From assembly GCA_965223545.1 (NCBI GenBank), contig OZ245006.1:1696001-1760000 (forward strand): 64,000 bases of DNA. The letters are read 5' to 3'. Every line of letters starts with the position of its first letter. The stretch's first letter is position 1. This document shows, piece by piece, positions 10,505-20,645 of the stretch. The notes beneath the pieces are model-generated. The model was given only the letters and a program-made list of their open reading frames with translations. It ran no database searches and had not been told where the DNA came from. The DNA comes from Planctomycetota bacterium. GTDB lineage: Bacteria > Planctomycetota > UBA1135 > UBA2386. Position numbers and translations under genes: made by a program.

Positions 10505-11527
10505 TCACTGCTTGGTGTAGGTCGCCTCGAACATGCGGGCGGGCTCGGCGCTCGACGCGATGCCGTCGGCGAGGACGCTGGCCAGGGCTCCGTCTTCGCT
10601 GGTGCGCATGATACCGCGGCCGACGGAGAGACTGCCCTGTTGCGGCATCGACATCGTGTAGACCAGGTCACGCCCGTTCCAACGGCACTCGGAGCTGTGG
10701 ATCTCGCCCATGCTCGAGACGCCGGCGCTGCGATAGCTGTTGATGGTGGGATCCCAAGCGATGAAGCCGAACGCTTCGTAGTTCATCGGCTCGCCGGTCG
10801 TGTGGAACGTGCACACGGTTCCACCGAACAGCATCTCGCACCGACCCACCCCGGTGATCGCGATCTCGGCGGCGCCGGGGCCACTCATCTTTCCGTCGAT
10901 GTCGTAGGTGCCGGCCATCGCGGCCACTCTCTGCATCTCGGCCGCCGCCGGCGCCATGAACGCGGCGTCCGCCAGCTCCATGTCCGCTGAGGGGTCACCG
11001 GTCCGCTCCATCTCGCCCCGCACGTGGACGAACGGATCACCATCGCCGACGGCGCGGTGCCCGACCATCGTCCATCGATCGCCGTCCATCCGCTGGACCC
11101 AGTGGTCCATGGTGGGCAAGCCCTCTTCGACGCCGGTCGTGGTCGACACGAAAGCGCCGTTGTCGAGGACGTGCAGGTCGCTCAACACGACGGTCCCCAT
11201 GTTGCTGACCTCTAGCGTGCGGTAGCGCTGGCGCTCGCGATCCCAGCCGGTGAACACCGTGAACTGCAGCGCGCCGGGCATCGCCTCGCCGAACTCGATC
11301 CGGGTGTCCTGGCGCAGGAAGTGGCCGCCCAGAACCCAGCGGTTGTTGTCGACCGAGGTCCATTGCATCGGCGGCATGCCCGGCTGCATGACCACCGTAC
11401 CCGAGCCCTTCCAGCTGCCGACCAGTGCATCGAGCTTCTTCAGCTCGGGTGCGGGGGGCATCGGACCCTGGGCCGAGAGAGCAGCTGCTGACAACAAGAG
11501 AGAACAACACGCGACGAGGAGCTTCAT
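10505..11527 (-). CDS. Secreted protein with tandem DUF1579-like domains
   Basis: Signal peptide; LKKLDALVGSWKG...WVLGGHFL...GWD, repeated as MAGTYD...LFGGTV...AWD; GGAGG RBS. Confidence 0.75.
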   Translation of the reverse strand: MKLLVACCSLLLSAAALSAQGPMPPAPELKKLDALVGSWKGSGTVVMQPGMPPMQWTSVDNNRWVLGGHFLRQDTRIEFGEAMPGALQFTVFTGWDRERQRYRTLEVSNMGTVVLSDLHVLDNGAFVSTTTGVEEGLPTMDHWVQRMDGDRWTMVGHRAVGDGDPFVHVRGEMERTGDPSADMELADAAFMAPAAAEMQRVAAMAGTYDIDGKMSGPGAAEIAITGVGRCEMLFGGTVCTFHTTGEPMNYEAFGFIAWDPTINSYRSAGVSSMGEIHSSECRWNGRDLVYTMSMPQQGSLSVGRGIMRTSEDGALASVLADGIASSAEPARMFEATYTKQ

Positions 11528-11706
11528 GGTTCGCCGACCTCCGTGGGCGATGAGGGATCAGGACAAAGAGAAGGACTGGTGGGGCCACGCGCGGCCGCTC
11601 ACCATCCAATGCGCCGACGGTTGGCGCGGACCTGATTCGACATTCGCATTTTCTTTCCGCGGGGACCAACTCGAATCGGAGCGCGTTCGGCCGACCGCAA
11701 CCAGGG

Positions 11707-14100
11707 TCAGCCGTTGAGCTCCACCTCGACCTCGATGACTTCCGCGCCGATCTCGACCGTGTGCAGGGGCTCGCTCGCCGAGGGGACCCAAATCTCCCAC
11801 GTACCGGCGGGCAGACCGTTGAACTCGAACTCCAGGTCACGGCCCAACCAGTGAGTTTCCCGCCAGCGACGCCCCTTCCTTGCCACGCTGCACACCTCGA
11901 CCTGCGTCGGCGCCGCGACGCCGGGCGAGCACCGCAGGCGACCGCGCAGCCCGCCGGGGTGCGGCGGCGGCAGCCGCAGGATCACGGGCTCGTCGCTGGG
12001 AACGTATTCCGGCACCAACAATCTGCGCTTGGCGCGCACCACAGTGGCGGTCAGAGGCTCTCGCACGATCAACCGGTACGACCGATGTTCGACCCCGTCG
12101 AAGGAGAAGCCGCCGGTACTGTCGGTCGTGGTTCGCGCTGCGCGCCAGCTGCCGGGCTCATTGCTCTCGCCCGCCCCCACGTGCTTGTTCAGCCGCACGA
12201 TGTAGTCATGACAGGGCTCGCCGGCATGGTTCAGCACCCGCCCCACCACGCGCATCCCGGCCAGCGGCTTGTCCAGGTTCAAGGCCAGGGTCTCGCCCGC
12301 GCGAACGGTGACCCGCCGCTCCGAGATCCACGCACCGCGCAGCGGGTCCCAAAGGCCCACCGTCGCCCGGCCTGGTCGCAGGCCAGTGACCTCGAAGCTG
12401 CGGTCCGGGCCGATGGCCGAACGACACTCGAGAATGCGAAGCGCATCCCACGCCCGGCGAAGCTGCGGCAGACATCGCACCACCGTCCCCGGCGGCAACC
12501 CCGCGGGCGCGACTCCACGCACCGTCGCGGTGCGCTCCAGACGAAGATCCGCGACGACGCGTTGGCCGCCCTGCGCACGCCGCAGCACCACCGCCCTGGG
12601 ATCGTGGGTTCGCGCGACCACAGCAGTGGGTCGATCCACGAGCGCGGGCACCTCGAACCGCCCCCCCGCGTCGGTCGTGAACCACTGGAACGAGAATCCC
12701 AGCTGCTGCACGCACACCTCGACCCCGGCGGCCGGACGCTCGTCCAGCCCGATCACGGTGCCGGCGACCACACCGGTGAACCGTTGCAGTCGCAGCATCA
12801 CGTCGTCGTTGTCGCCGGTTGCGAGGTGAATCGTCGATCGCAATCGAGGGCTGATGGCGGCCCACAGTGAGCAGGGCCCCTCCAGGACGGACACCGTGAA
12901 GTGCCCCTCGGCGTCGGTCCGCGCCAGCGCAAACGGCGGTTCGTGGGCGGCGGTCTCAGCTGCTCCGTACACGATCGCGCCGGGAACGGGCTGCCCCTCG
13001 GCGTCGACAACGCACCCCCGCTGGATCGAGTACATCTCGACGGTCGCCTCGACATCGAACGGGGCCGGCACGGTCGGCCAGCGGAGGACCGCCGAACGCT
13101 GCGCCGCTGAGCCGTACAGCAACTGGAAGTTGTCTCCAGCGCGCCGATCGAACCGAACCACACCGTGCTCGTCCGAGCGCCGCTCGACGAACTCGAGGCC
13201 ACTTCCAAGCCGCGCGCCGGCCTCGTCCACCGCCACCAAGCGCACCGGCAAGTCCACGCACGGCGAGCCATCGCGCCATCGCAAACGCGCCGACAAAGTC
13301 GGCGCCGGGACGGTCTCGATCGGCGCCGCCGAGGACGCGATCGGGGTGCGCGACGCGGCCTTCAACGGAGCCGGCCGCGCAACTTGCTCGAGCGAGTCTG
13401 CAGGAATGGCCTCAGTGGACGGTGCTCCGCTGTCCAGCGCGTCCCCGCGCGACATGGCCACAGCCGCGACCAAGACCACGACGCCGCTGGCAGCGAGGAC
13501 GGGTTGCCGCCACGCGCGCGGCCGCGCGGCAACCGGCGCACCGGTGCCATGCGAGGCCCTCGCTTGCATTGCCAACAGAGCACACAGACCGGCCGGCCCC
13601 AGATGGCGTCGCACCATCGAAAGGCCGCGCTGCAGTTGCGTGCGCACGGTGCTGGGGTTGCGCCTCAACCGACGCGCGATGTCGGTCGGCGTTTCGCCGT
13701 CCACGAGAAACGCCTCCACGACGGACCGGTGGCTGTTGGGCAGGCGAGACACGGCGTCGCGCACGAGCACCTGCGCTTCGGATCGAACGGCCGCGCCCGC
13801 CGGATCCAACGACTCGGGCGTGTCCAACCGCATTGGATCGGGCACACGCGAGCGCTCGTCGACTGCCTTGCGCCAGACGTTGGCCATGACAGCGCGCAGC
13901 CACCCGCGCGGATTGCGTTCCGGGTCGATGCGCGCCGCCATCTGCAGGGCCAACAGGAACGTCTGCTGCGTCAGATCCGCCGCGTCGTTGCGGTCTCGTG
14001 TCAACGCGAGAGCGCGCGCGTACAGACTGGCCGACTCGCGCTCCAGCAGTCCGAAGATCCAGCCTCGATCAAAGTCTCCGTTCGGGGGCAGCCTATCCAC
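11707..14100 (-). CDS. ECF sigma factor fused to a TM helix and carboxypeptidase-regulatory-like repeats
   Basis: Region 2 DAADLTQQTFL..WLRAV; region 4 LPNSHR...STVRTQLQRG; hydrophobic segment; GCVVDAEGQPVPGA repeats; start uncertain. Confidence 0.75.
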   Translation of the reverse strand: MDRLPPNGDFDRGWIFGLLERESASLYARALALTRDRNDAADLTQQTFLLALQMAARIDPERNPRGWLRAVMANVWRKAVDERSRVPDPMRLDTPESLDPAGAAVRSEAQVLVRDAVSRLPNSHRSVVEAFLVDGETPTDIARRLRRNPSTVRTQLQRGLSMVRRHLGPAGLCALLAMQARASHGTGAPVAARPRAWRQPVLAASGVVVLVAAVAMSRGDALDSGAPSTEAIPADSLEQVARPAPLKAASRTPIASSAAPIETVPAPTLSARLRWRDGSPCVDLPVRLVAVDEAGARLGSGLEFVERRSDEHGVVRFDRRAGDNFQLLYGSAAQRSAVLRWPTVPAPFDVEATVEMYSIQRGCVVDAEGQPVPGAIVYGAAETAAHEPPFALARTDAEGHFTVSVLEGPCSLWAAISPRLRSTIHLATGDNDDVMLRLQRFTGVVAGTVIGLDERPAAGVEVCVQQLGFSFQWFTTDAGGRFEVPALVDRPTAVVARTHDPRAVVLRRAQGGQRVVADLRLERTATVRGVAPAGLPPGTVVRCLPQLRRAWDALRILECRSAIGPDRSFEVTGLRPGRATVGLWDPLRGAWISERRVTVRAGETLALNLDKPLAGMRVVGRVLNHAGEPCHDYIVRLNKHVGAGESNEPGSWRAARTTTDSTGGFSFDGVEHRSYRLIVREPLTATVVRAKRRLLVPEYVPSDEPVILRLPPPHPGGLRGRLRCSPGVAAPTQVEVCSVARKGRRWRETHWLGRDLEFEFNGLPAGTWEIWVPSASEPLHTVEIGAEVIEVEVELNG

Positions 14101-14283
14101 TCGGAGCAAGCGTATGCGAGAGCGCGACCGACCGGCAATCCGCTCCGGGCGGCGCGCTACGCCGCCGCCACGCGGCAGTCGTGCCCCGAACAAAAAGATC
14201 CGGAATCCGTGAGACGGTGGAGCCGGTGCGCGGAACCCACCCCGCCGAGTTGGGAGTATCCTGGGAGGGAAACGCCGCCCGCC

Positions 14284-14766
14284 GTGCACTGGCTCCTCGT
14301 CTTGTCCTCTCTGCTACCGCTGACCGGAGCTGCTCTGGTATGGCGACTGGGGCACGTCAGGTGGCGCATTGCGATGGCAGTGCCACTCGCCGCGTCGGTC
14401 ATCCTGTTTCTCGGCGGGATTCGCTCGTTCCGCGTTTCCGCAGGCGGCAGCGCGGCCGCCTGGGAGTACTTGGTTTGGTTGACGCTGGTCTGGGGTGCCG
14501 CGCTCCCGCTGCTCGGCATGTTGCTCGCCGGCGGCGTGCACCCCCCGGCCGCCTTCGCCAAGCGACTTGCCGCCTTGGGCGTCGGGGTGTGTGCGTCGGC
14601 AGGGTCGATCGCCGTGCTGCTGCAGCACACCTACAGCCCCGATATCAAGACCGGCTTCGCACTCCTGTCGGTGGCCAGCTTGCTCGGGTTGGCGACGGGC
14701 ATCGCACTGGTCTGGTCTGCGGTCGCCACGCTCCGCTCGCCGAAGCTCGACCGGCACGACGCGTAG
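14284..14766 (+). CDS. Small multi-pass membrane protein
   Basis: About five hydrophobic helices in the 3' part of ORF 13165..14766; start uncertain. Confidence 0.6.
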   Translation: MHWLLVLSSLLPLTGAALVWRLGHVRWRIAMAVPLAASVILFLGGIRSFRVSAGGSAAAWEYLVWLTLVWGAALPLLGMLLAGGVHPPAAFAKRLAALGVGVCASAGSIAVLLQHTYSPDIKTGFALLSVASLLGLATGIALVWSAVATLRSPKLDRHDA

Positions 14767-14914
14767 GACAAAAAAGCAAACAAAGCCGTTATGGCGGCCG
14801 CGCTCCCGCCGCTGACGGCGAGCGACGGCGGTTGCATCGGAGCTCCCGCCGCACAACCTGCCCGCACCTCCCCGTGCGGGCTCGACCACGCAACGTCTTT
14901 TCAAAGGAGACATC

Positions 14915-15463
14915 ATGCTGCGCAATGGAATCCTGTCTGTCGGGCTCGGCACCGTGCTCTGCTCACTGGGCCTCGTCAACAACGCCACCGTGCCGGCTGC
15001 CGCCGCGGCGGAAGTCGCGGTCCCGACTCCCACGGGACCTTCGCCGAACGAGTTCATCTTCGGCCTGTCGGTCGCCGGCGTGTATCGCAACAGCTTCTCG
15101 GTCGGCGGCACGACGACCGTGGACGGATTGACCACCTTCCACGCGGACGGGACCTACAACTCGGTCGACGACAACGACCAGGTGCCGGGAAACTGGAACA
15201 CGATGACACACGGAATCTGGAAGCGGACCGGCCCGCTCCAACTGACCCTGCGCCAGATCAACCACGACTTCGACGCGAACGGCGCCCTGGAGTTCTTCGT
15301 CCGCACCGATCTGGTGGGAGACTTCGACCCCAACCTGCAGGGGGGTACGTTCGCCGGCTCGGTCGAGCTGTTTGCGGCCAGCCAGGACCCGCTGGATCCG
15401 AACGCGACGCCGATCGCGCGGATTCCCGTCACCGGGACTTCGCAGCGCATGTCCGTCCGGTAG
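14915..15463 (+). CDS. Secreted beta-barrel-like hypothetical protein
   Basis: AGGAGA RBS, signal peptide, TFHADG...HGIWKRTG pattern. Confidence 0.7.
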   Translation: MLRNGILSVGLGTVLCSLGLVNNATVPAAAAAEVAVPTPTGPSPNEFIFGLSVAGVYRNSFSVGGTTTVDGLTTFHADGTYNSVDDNDQVPGNWNTMTHGIWKRTGPLQLTLRQINHDFDANGALEFFVRTDLVGDFDPNLQGGTFAGSVELFAASQDPLDPNATPIARIPVTGTSQRMSVR

Positions 15464-15821
15464 GGCACGACCGGGCGTCGGCTTCCGGATGGTCGCTGGC
15501 CGGCAACCGTCGGTATCGACGGCTCCACGCCGGCTCAGCGGCCGGCGCAAACGCGGGAATCGCTGGCTCGACCTCCCTCGCGCAGCGGTCGCTCCTCGGT
15601 TGCGGCCTCGACTGCGCTGGGCAAGGCACGGAGGTCGGCCTCGCGCATGGTTCTTGCAGTGGCTCGGGTTGCTGACGACCACCCGCCGGGTGATTCGGTC
15701 CAGCGCTTTGTCGAGAGTCTCTGCCGCTCGAGTTTCTGCAACCATTCGGGCACTCCAGTGCGCGTCGCTCCCGCGGGTGGCGACGCAAGCCCTGCCCACT
15801 CGCAAGATCCGATCGAGGTCC

Positions 15822-18800
15822 ATGCCCCCCATGCCAACTCCACGCCGACTCGTTGCTTCCCTGTTCCCCACGGTCATGGCGTGCATCGCGCCCGCCGCAG
15901 CGCAGACTCTGGTCGCCGATATCGCCCAGTCGCCAATCCAGATCCCGCAGCCGGCATCGTGGCCGAACAACCCGTACCGCGCGTTCGGCGGCATCTTGTT
16001 CGGTGCGGACCTGACCAGCTTCGGCAGCGAGCTCTGGTTCAGCGACGGCACCGTCGCCGGAACCCGCCTGCTGGCCGACATCGAGCCCGGCTACCGCGGC
16101 TCCAACCCGCGGGGCTTCGCCACGCTGGCATCCGGGAACGTCGTCTTCAGCGCGGAGTCTGCTGACCTGGGCCGTGAGCTGTGGGTGACGGACGGCACGG
16201 CTGCGGGCACGCGCCTGGTCGCCGACCTCGCGCCGGGAACCACTGGGTCTTCCCCCGGCGGACTGACCGCCATCGGCGGAGTGGTCCTGTTCTTCGCCGA
16301 CGACGGGACGCGTGGCCTCGAGCTGTGGAGCACGGATGGCACGGCGGCCGGAACGGCACTCGTCGTCGATCTCACTCCCGGACCGATTGGTCTGTTTGCC
16401 ATCCCACCGATCACCGAACTGAGCAACGCCGCGCTCTTCATTACAGCCCCCCTCGGCGGCGGGTGGCAGCTGTGGCGTTCGGATGGCACCGCAGCTGGCA
16501 CCACGATGCTGCGCTTCGAGTTCACTGCGACTCGACCGAGGGCCGGTGGGTTCACCACGCTCGGCACCCGCGCGGTGTTCTGGGGCGACGGCGCCGCCGG
16601 CGCGGAGCCATGGGTGACGGACGGCACGAGTGCCGGCACGATGCTGCTCGCCGACGTGCTGCCGGGGGCTCTTCCCTCGCAGGTTCTCGGCCCGTACGCA
16701 GCCAGGCATTTCGTCGCGGCGGGCGGCCGCGCGTGGTTCTTGGCTTTCGGCGCCTCGGTGGGCCACGAGCTTTGGCTCACCGACGGAACACCGAGCGGCA
16801 CGCGCATCGTCACGACACTGGGTTCGCTCGCCGCCCGCCCTGGGGCGCTGCTCGGCGAAGTCGCCGGCGGCGACCTCGCATTCATGCTCGCCATGGACGC
16901 CGCGGTCGGGCAGTACGGGCTCTATCGTTCCGACGGCACCGCCGCAGGAACGGGACTGGTCTCCGTGCTCGGCAAGTCGATCGAGAACGTCCCCACCCCC
17001 GGAGTGGCCTTCGCGGGGGCGCTGTACTTCGCCGGGATCGGCAACGAGGGCACCGAGCTGTGGCGGACGGACGGCACCGCTGCTGGAACGGCGATCGTGT
17101 CCGATCTGCGGCCGGGAGCGACGGGGTCGGTGCCAACGGAGATGATCGACGCCGGCGGAACACTCGTGTTCAGCGCGGACGACGGCACAAGCGGACGCGA
17201 GCTGTGGCTGAGCGACGGGTCCGCTGCCGGCACGCGCATTGCGGACCTGGCCAAGGGTCCGATCAATTCCAGCTCGCATCCGCAGCTGATCGGCGTGCTC
17301 GACGGCAACAGCTACTGGCAAGTGTGGGCTGGGACCCCGGGCCCAACGTCGATCTGGCGATCGGACGGCACCACCGCCGGCACCACTGCTGTCTTGCCGA
17401 GCGCGCCCTTCGTCTTCCCCCCGACCGGTTTCGCTTCGGCCGTCGACTTCGCGATCTTCGGCGCGGTCGACCCCAACATCGGCGTCGAGCCGTGGGTCAT
17501 CGACTCCGCCGGCGTTCGGCCCCTCGTGGACCTGCGACCCGGCACCCGGGGCTCGGTGCGTGCCGAGTTCGCCAGCCTGGGCGACCGCATCGTGTTTGCC
17601 GCCGACGACGGCGTGCGCGGCAACGAGCTGTGGGTTACCGATGGCACCGCGGCCGGTACCGCGATCCTGGCCGACTTGGTGCCGGGATCCTCGCCATCCG
17701 ACCCCCACTCGCTGTTCGCTTGGAACGGGCAGGTGTTCTTCGCTGCGACCGACCCGACGCTGGGTACGGAGCTGCACGTCACCGACGGCACACCCAGCGG
17801 CACACGCCTGGTGCAAGACATCTACACGGGACGCAACCCGGCACTCCTGCAACCGGAGTTCACAGGCCTGGGAGACTTCGTCTACTTCGCCGCGGAAGAC
17901 GGCATCCACGGTCGAGAGCTGTGGCGCAGCGACGGCACGTCGGCCGGTACTGCTCTCGTGCACGACACCAACGGCATCTCGTTCTTTGGTGCCAAGCCGT
18001 ACGGGATGGCGGCGGTCGGTGACCGTGTCTTCTTCGCCGCGACGGTCGCTCTCGGTCAGTGGGTGCTGAGCACCGACGGTACGCCGGCGGGCACGAGCTT
18101 CGTGCGCTACGTCCCGGGCCGGGTCGAGGGCTCGCTGCAAGCGGTGGACGACACCCAAGCGGTGTACTTCGTGAGCGACGGCGCCAACTCATCGGCCCTG
18201 TGGCGCACCGACGGCACGAACGCGGGCAGCCGTCAGCTGCTCACCCTGAATACGCACCTCCTGCAGTGGGTGCAGCCCGAGATCCACAACGTCGGCGATG
18301 GCCGCGTCTTGTTCACCGCCAACGACGGCGCAAGTGGTCAGGAGCTTTGGGTGACCGACGGCACTGCTGCCGGCACGCGGTTGGTGGTCGACATCGCGCC
18401 CGTGGACGCCGACCCAACCGACCTTCAACGGCTGGGCAACCGCGTCGTGTTCTCCGCCAACGACGGCGTGCTGGGCCGAGAGCTCCACGGCATCGATTTG
18501 CTCGACACCGGCGCCTACGCGGCCGACCGCTACGGCTTCGGCTGCCCCGGCACCGGCGGCGTCGAGCCGAGCATCGAGGCGCGCGGCGCCGTGCGCAGCA
18601 GTCTCGGCAGCTGGCCCCTGGGGATCGACCGCGCGCTGCCGAGCAGCGCCGCGGCGGTGCTCGTCGGCGCCACCCGCCTCCGACTCCCCTTGTCGGGCAG
18701 CCTCTGCCGGCTGTGGACCGCACCGCTGGTCGCCCTGCCGGTGGCCATCGATCCGATGGGCAGCGCGACCCTCAACCTACCCGCCCCACCCGTCTCGGCA

Positions 18801-18902
18801 GGACTCGTCTTGCGCTGCCAAGCCGCCGTCCTCGACCCCGGCGGCGCATTCGGCGGACAACTCAGCAGCACCAGCGGCCTCGAGATCGTGATCGGCCAGT
18901 AG
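15822..18902 (+). CDS. ELWxxDGT-repeat secreted protein with shared C-terminal domain
   Basis: Many ELW(V/S/R)xDGTxxGT repeats; signal peptide; YGFGCPG linker then C-terminal domain. Confidence 0.9.
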   Translation: MPPMPTPRRLVASLFPTVMACIAPAAAQTLVADIAQSPIQIPQPASWPNNPYRAFGGILFGADLTSFGSELWFSDGTVAGTRLLADIEPGYRGSNPRGFATLASGNVVFSAESADLGRELWVTDGTAAGTRLVADLAPGTTGSSPGGLTAIGGVVLFFADDGTRGLELWSTDGTAAGTALVVDLTPGPIGLFAIPPITELSNAALFITAPLGGGWQLWRSDGTAAGTTMLRFEFTATRPRAGGFTTLGTRAVFWGDGAAGAEPWVTDGTSAGTMLLADVLPGALPSQVLGPYAARHFVAAGGRAWFLAFGASVGHELWLTDGTPSGTRIVTTLGSLAARPGALLGEVAGGDLAFMLAMDAAVGQYGLYRSDGTAAGTGLVSVLGKSIENVPTPGVAFAGALYFAGIGNEGTELWRTDGTAAGTAIVSDLRPGATGSVPTEMIDAGGTLVFSADDGTSGRELWLSDGSAAGTRIADLAKGPINSSSHPQLIGVLDGNSYWQVWAGTPGPTSIWRSDGTTAGTTAVLPSAPFVFPPTGFASAVDFAIFGAVDPNIGVEPWVIDSAGVRPLVDLRPGTRGSVRAEFASLGDRIVFAADDGVRGNELWVTDGTAAGTAILADLVPGSSPSDPHSLFAWNGQVFFAATDPTLGTELHVTDGTPSGTRLVQDIYTGRNPALLQPEFTGLGDFVYFAAEDGIHGRELWRSDGTSAGTALVHDTNGISFFGAKPYGMAAVGDRVFFAATVALGQWVLSTDGTPAGTSFVRYVPGRVEGSLQAVDDTQAVYFVSDGANSSALWRTDGTNAGSRQLLTLNTHLLQWVQPEIHNVGDGRVLFTANDGASGQELWVTDGTAAGTRLVVDIAPVDADPTDLQRLGNRVVFSANDGVLGRELHGIDLLDTGAYAADRYGFGCPGTGGVEPSIEARGAVRSSLGSWPLGIDRALPSSAAAVLVGATRLRLPLSGSLCRLWTAPLVALPVAIDPMGSATLNLPAPPVSAGLVLRCQAAVLDPGGAFGGQLSSTSGLEIVIGQ

Positions 18903-18954
18903 ACGCGCCCTGTCCGGAGCCCGGAAGTTGAACGTACGGAGCCTGACCTGAAAC

Positions 18955-20337
18955 TCACCCAGCCTCGGCGATCGGTATGAGCTTGTACCCGAGGGATTTA
19001 GCGTTCTGTCGGAGTCCGACGATGCGTCGCTGGGTGAAGCGCTCCTCGTAGGCCTTGGCGCCTTCGTCTACGTAGTCCTGGCCGAACTTCAGCATGCGGT
19101 AGATGAGCAGGGCCAGTTTGCGGGCGATGGCAAAGATGGCGACGTTGCCGTCCTTCGCGCGGGCGATCTTGCGGAAGTGTGCGCCGAGAGCTGTCTGAGT
19201 ACGTTGGAGGGACAGGGCGGCCATCCGGAGGACCGTGGCGATCCTGCTGACCGCGATGTTGTTGCGGTGCTTCTTGATGCGCTTTCCACCCGAGACGGCT
19301 TGACGTGGGCACAGGCGTAGCCAGGAGACGAAGTGCTTCTCGGTCGGGAAAGCTTCGAGGTCGTAGCCGACCTCGGTGAGCACGATCATGGCCGTGCTCG
19401 GGCTGATACCGTCGATTCGCGTGAGATCACACCCGACGAGCCGGCAGAGGGCATCGCGAAGCTCCCGGCCGCCCTTCGTTCGGATGCTCCTCTCCTTGCG
19501 GGGGTCTGGATGCTCGGGGACGTCGGCCGTCTTGGCTTCCTCCGGTTGCAGGTCCTCGATCATCGCCATCAATCGCTTCTCGACCGACTCGATCTCGTGG
19601 TCGGTGTGCTCGAGCATCCGCAAGCCCGAAGCGAGAGTGAAGATGTGCTCCTCGATCCAGGTCCCTTGCAAGTGATCCGCGAGCTCCTTCTCGGAGATCT
19701 TGCAGCGCGGATCACGCAGTCTGGCGAGCGCTCGAGGGTCGCGTTCACCAGCGAGAATCGCGCGGATGATCGCGAGGCCGGTCTTGCCGGTGATGTCCGT
19801 TACCGCGCGATGGATCGCCACGTTCATCTGATCCAGTGACCGCTGCATCAACTGCGTGTGGCGCGTGCGCTGCGCGATCAAAGACGCGGCATGGCGTTGC
19901 AGGGTCCGCAACGCACAGATGTCCTTCGGAGGCCGGAACGAAGCGCGAATGAGGCCATAGGTGTGTAGCTTCTGCAGCCAACTGCAATCGCTGGCATCGG
20001 ACTTGGAGCGGCCCGGCACGTTCTTCACCTCGCGGGCATTCGCGAGGATGACCTCGAAGCCTCTCGACTCGAGTAGCTCGTAGACGGGAATCCAGTAGAC
20101 ATAGGTGCTCTCCATCGCGACGGATCGCACTCCGAGCTCCTCCAGCCAGTCCGCGAGCGCCTCTAGCTGGGGCGTCGTCGTTCCGAATCGCTTGATCGGA
20201 CGACTGCCGTCGGGTGCTGCTGCGCACACCCAGTGCTCGCGGCTGCCGATGTCGATTCCGGCGGCGTTGGGCTTCACGACTGGCAATACTTCCGCTGCGG
20301 GCTTCTTGCCCTTCCTCGTTCTGCTCTTCCCAGCCAT
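18955..20337 (-). CDS. IS110-family DEDD recombinase/transposase
   Basis: GIDIG, AMEST and KSDASD catalytic residues; C-terminal IDGIS...SGG domain. Confidence 0.95.
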   Translation of the reverse strand: MAGKSRTRKGKKPAAEVLPVVKPNAAGIDIGSREHWVCAAAPDGSRPIKRFGTTTPQLEALADWLEELGVRSVAMESTYVYWIPVYELLESRGFEVILANAREVKNVPGRSKSDASDCSWLQKLHTYGLIRASFRPPKDICALRTLQRHAASLIAQRTRHTQLMQRSLDQMNVAIHRAVTDITGKTGLAIIRAILAGERDPRALARLRDPRCKISEKELADHLQGTWIEEHIFTLASGLRMLEHTDHEIESVEKRLMAMIEDLQPEEAKTADVPEHPDPRKERSIRTKGGRELRDALCRLVGCDLTRIDGISPSTAMIVLTEVGYDLEAFPTEKHFVSWLRLCPRQAVSGGKRIKKHRNNIAVSRIATVLRMAALSLQRTQTALGAHFRKIARAKDGNVAIFAIARKLALLIYRMLKFGQDYVDEGAKAYEERFTQRRIVGLRQNAKSLGYKLIPIAEAG

Positions 20338-20587
20338 ACTTCATCCTCATTGTTGTGGTGGGCCCGGCCCGAGGCGGCGATCAAACGAATCTGACCTGCG
20401 GGAGTGGGCACGGCGACGTGCCCCTCACCAGTGAAGGATGGCCAACTCGGACCCAGACTGGCTCTGGGGCAAACGTGCTCCAGTGGCTATTGGGGGCGTA
20501 GCTGCCGGGCCCCTCACACGTTCCCCTCCCCCTTCCTCAGCGGCTAGTTTCCTGCCCTGAAGGGCCGACAAATCTGCCGGGGCAGGA
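20338..20587 (-). ncRNA. Candidate bridge RNA/seekRNA of IS110 copy A
   Basis: 250-nt structured non-coding leader with closing stem GGGCCCGGC/GCCGGGCCC; CTGACCTG (20391-20398) matches the donor junction and CTGGCTC (20458-20464) matches the target. Confidence 0.6.
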
Positions 20588-20645
20588 CTGGCTCCGATTC
20601 ATCACCCGGCGGTGCCGGGTGATGAATCGGAGCCTGACCTGAAAC

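Larger units (their letters stand above)
18943..20590 (-). mobile_element. IS110-family element, copy A
   Basis: Bounded by a shared CTG core (18943-18945 and 20588-20590); near-identical to copy B. Confidence 0.9.

Noticed and set aside
15822..18500. Periodic nucleotide repeats resembling an array
   Set aside because: They are degenerate codons of ELWxxDGT protein repeats, not CRISPR; no cas genes in the window
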